Source: Clostridiaceae bacterium (GTDB lineage Bacteria > Bacillota > Clostridia > Oscillospirales > Acutalibacteraceae). From it: a stretch of DNA of 43,643 nt. The position numbers and the translations under genes are program-made. Of this stretch, positions 42,630 through 43,643 are shown in pieces (positions within the stretch are counted from its first letter, which is position 1; each line of letters begins with the position of its first letter). Location of the stretch: positions 1-43,643 of the forward strand of contig CAJGCX010000001.1 of assembly GCA_904501895.1 (NCBI GenBank), read 5' to 3'. The notes below the pieces were generated by a model. It was not told the origin of the DNA. It saw only the letters and a list, made by a program, of their open reading frames with translations, and made no database searches.

Positions 42630-43157
42630 CTACAACAATCCTTTCGTCAGAATTTCGAATGGTGTGGCAATTTCAAAAACAACCTTTGCATTCCTTCCGC
42701 AAAGGTTACGAAGGCTGATTTCCTTGCCATCAATAGTGAGTATATGGTCCGAAACCGTACCCACAATGTATCTTAACGGGTCATAAGTAATATCAAAACC
42801 CGTAATAACCATATTTCCATCATCGTCATAGGTCATAGTTTGTCCTTCTTCGAGAGAAGTCTGAACACCTGCACCGAATGAACGATAAGTAGTAGAATAA
42901 GCTCGGATTTGCTCATTCTCTATGATATAAGTATCTTTTAAAGGAGTCTGGTTAACTGAGTGGATAAATTCCACAGAAAACATAAGTCCGTCTTCCGCTT
43001 TTTGCGTTATATATCTTGTATTTGTATCGGAGACATACATAACAAGATAGGGGGTAGACATAAGACTCATTAAAACAGCAGCCGCTGTAATGATTATCAT
43101 TAAAACGGCTGCTACAATTAACCTTTTTTTAGAGCTTGTAAAGGTCGTTTGGCTCAT
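42630..43157 (-). CDS. DUF1850 domain protein (TAXI-TRAP operon accessory)
   Basis: The 175-aa protein has an N-terminal TM helix and the motif FIHSVNQTPLKD. Its position between receptor and permease is typical. Confidence 0.75.
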   Translation of the reverse strand: MSQTTFTSSKKRLIVAAVLMIIITAAAVLMSLMSTPYLVMYVSDTNTRYITQKAEDGLMFSVEFIHSVNQTPLKDTYIIENEQIRAYSTTYRSFGAGVQTSLEEGQTMTYDDDGNMVITGFDITYDPLRYIVGTVSDHILTIDGKEISLRNLCGRNAKVVFEIATPFEILTKGLL

Positions 43158-43643
43158 TATTTAATAGCGCCAACTTCTTTATAGTACTTTTCTGCACCTG
43201 GGTGGAAAGGAACTGAAATGCTTGATACAGCATATTCAAGAGTCATTTCCTTAGCCTTGTCGTGTGAATAGTCATCTACATTTTCATAAATAGCCTTTGT
43301 AAGCTGATAAACAGTTTCTTCGCTGAGGTCGTTGCTTACGATAAATGTAGCCTTAACAGCAACTGTTGTAGAATCCTTGTCGATACCATTGTATGTGCCT
43401 GCTGGTACTTTGTAAGCAGCGTAGAAACCGTATGTTTCCTGAAGCTTTGCAAGATGTGCATCGTCGATTTCAACAAGAACGATACCTGTAGTTGTTGAAA
43501 GGTCTGTGATAGCAACTGTTGGAGCACCTGCTGTACAGAAGAATGCGTCAATCTTACCATCCTTAAGAGCATCAGCTGATGCCTGGAAGCTAAGGTTCTG
43601 CTTGTCGATGTCTTCAAATGTAATATCATAAGCGCCAAGAATC
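43157..43643 (-). CDS. TAXI-family TRAP transporter solute receptor (partial, N-terminus outside the window)
   Basis: The frame ending at TAA 43157-43159 translates to ...EMTLEYAVSSISVPFHPGAEKYYKEVGAIK*, the conserved TAXI C-terminus. The ORF track misses it because no Met start lies in the window. Confidence 0.8.
   Translation of the reverse strand, partial: ILGAYDITFEDIDKQNLSFQASADALKDGKIDAFFCTAGAPTVAITDLSTTTGIVLVEIDDAHLAKLQETYGFYAAYKVPAGTYNGIDKDSTTVAVKATFIVSNDLSEETVYQLTKAIYENVDDYSHDKAKEMTLEYAVSSISVPFHPGAEKYYKEVGAIK

Noticed and set aside
43336-43638. The 100-aa minus-strand track ORF at the right edge.
   Set aside because: It is out of frame with the TAXI receptor reading frame, which ends in the conserved PFHPGAEKYYKEVG C-terminus. 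It has a low-complexity L/Q/S-rich translation and is a shadow ORF.

Overview
This 43.6-kb window comes from a low-GC, endospore-forming Firmicute, probably a Clostridia-type genome. That assignment rests on sigG, ylmC/ymxH, a SpoVB/YabM-like flippase and recJ-relA-dtd-MBL-hemZ synteny. The window splits at a tRNA-Pro(UGG) gene (23394-23469, minus strand).

Right of the tRNA (23.5-43.6 kb) is ordinary core DNA. It carries recJ, relA/spoT, dtd, an MBL hydrolase, a hemZ-like radical SAM gene, a uridine-kinase-like gene, a MOP flippase, mazG, hup, an S4 protein, dut, a U32 peptidase, zapA, ylmC, sigG and a TAXI-TRAP transporter operon. I saw nothing unusual there apart from one GC-rich palindrome.

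Left of the tRNA (1-23.4 kb) is visibly AT-richer accessory DNA:
- An IS21 element lies at the window edge.
- Three stand-alone defence-island-type genes follow: a DUF2806-like protein, a coiled-coil protein and a DUF4062/TIR-like protein.
- A terminator-insulated m5C DNA methyltransferase comes next. After it is a tightly packed co-directional block with its own promoter. The block encodes a small helical protein, a 631-aa GHKL (Bergerat-fold) ATPase, two proteins with no motif I can recognise, a 154-aa PD-(D/E)XK mini-nuclease and a Cys-rich 346-aa protein.
- No visible terminator separates that block from a short peptide deformylase, yaiI and a membrane protein.
- This gene set does not match any named defence or R-M system I can recall. 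It is my top candidate for an undescribed methylation-associated defence system.
- Between 14.7 and 23.4 kb lies an array of small integrase-less cassettes. Their cargo is regulators plus GNAT, a sigma/anti-sigma module, a sialidase, and GH32 plus ABM.
- Each cassette ends in a degenerate direct copy of the 3' end of tRNA-Pro, usually with a terminator hairpin. Two junctions also carry iteron-like repeats that look like integrase arm sites.

All functional calls come from motif reading by eye and from memory of protein families. No database search was run.
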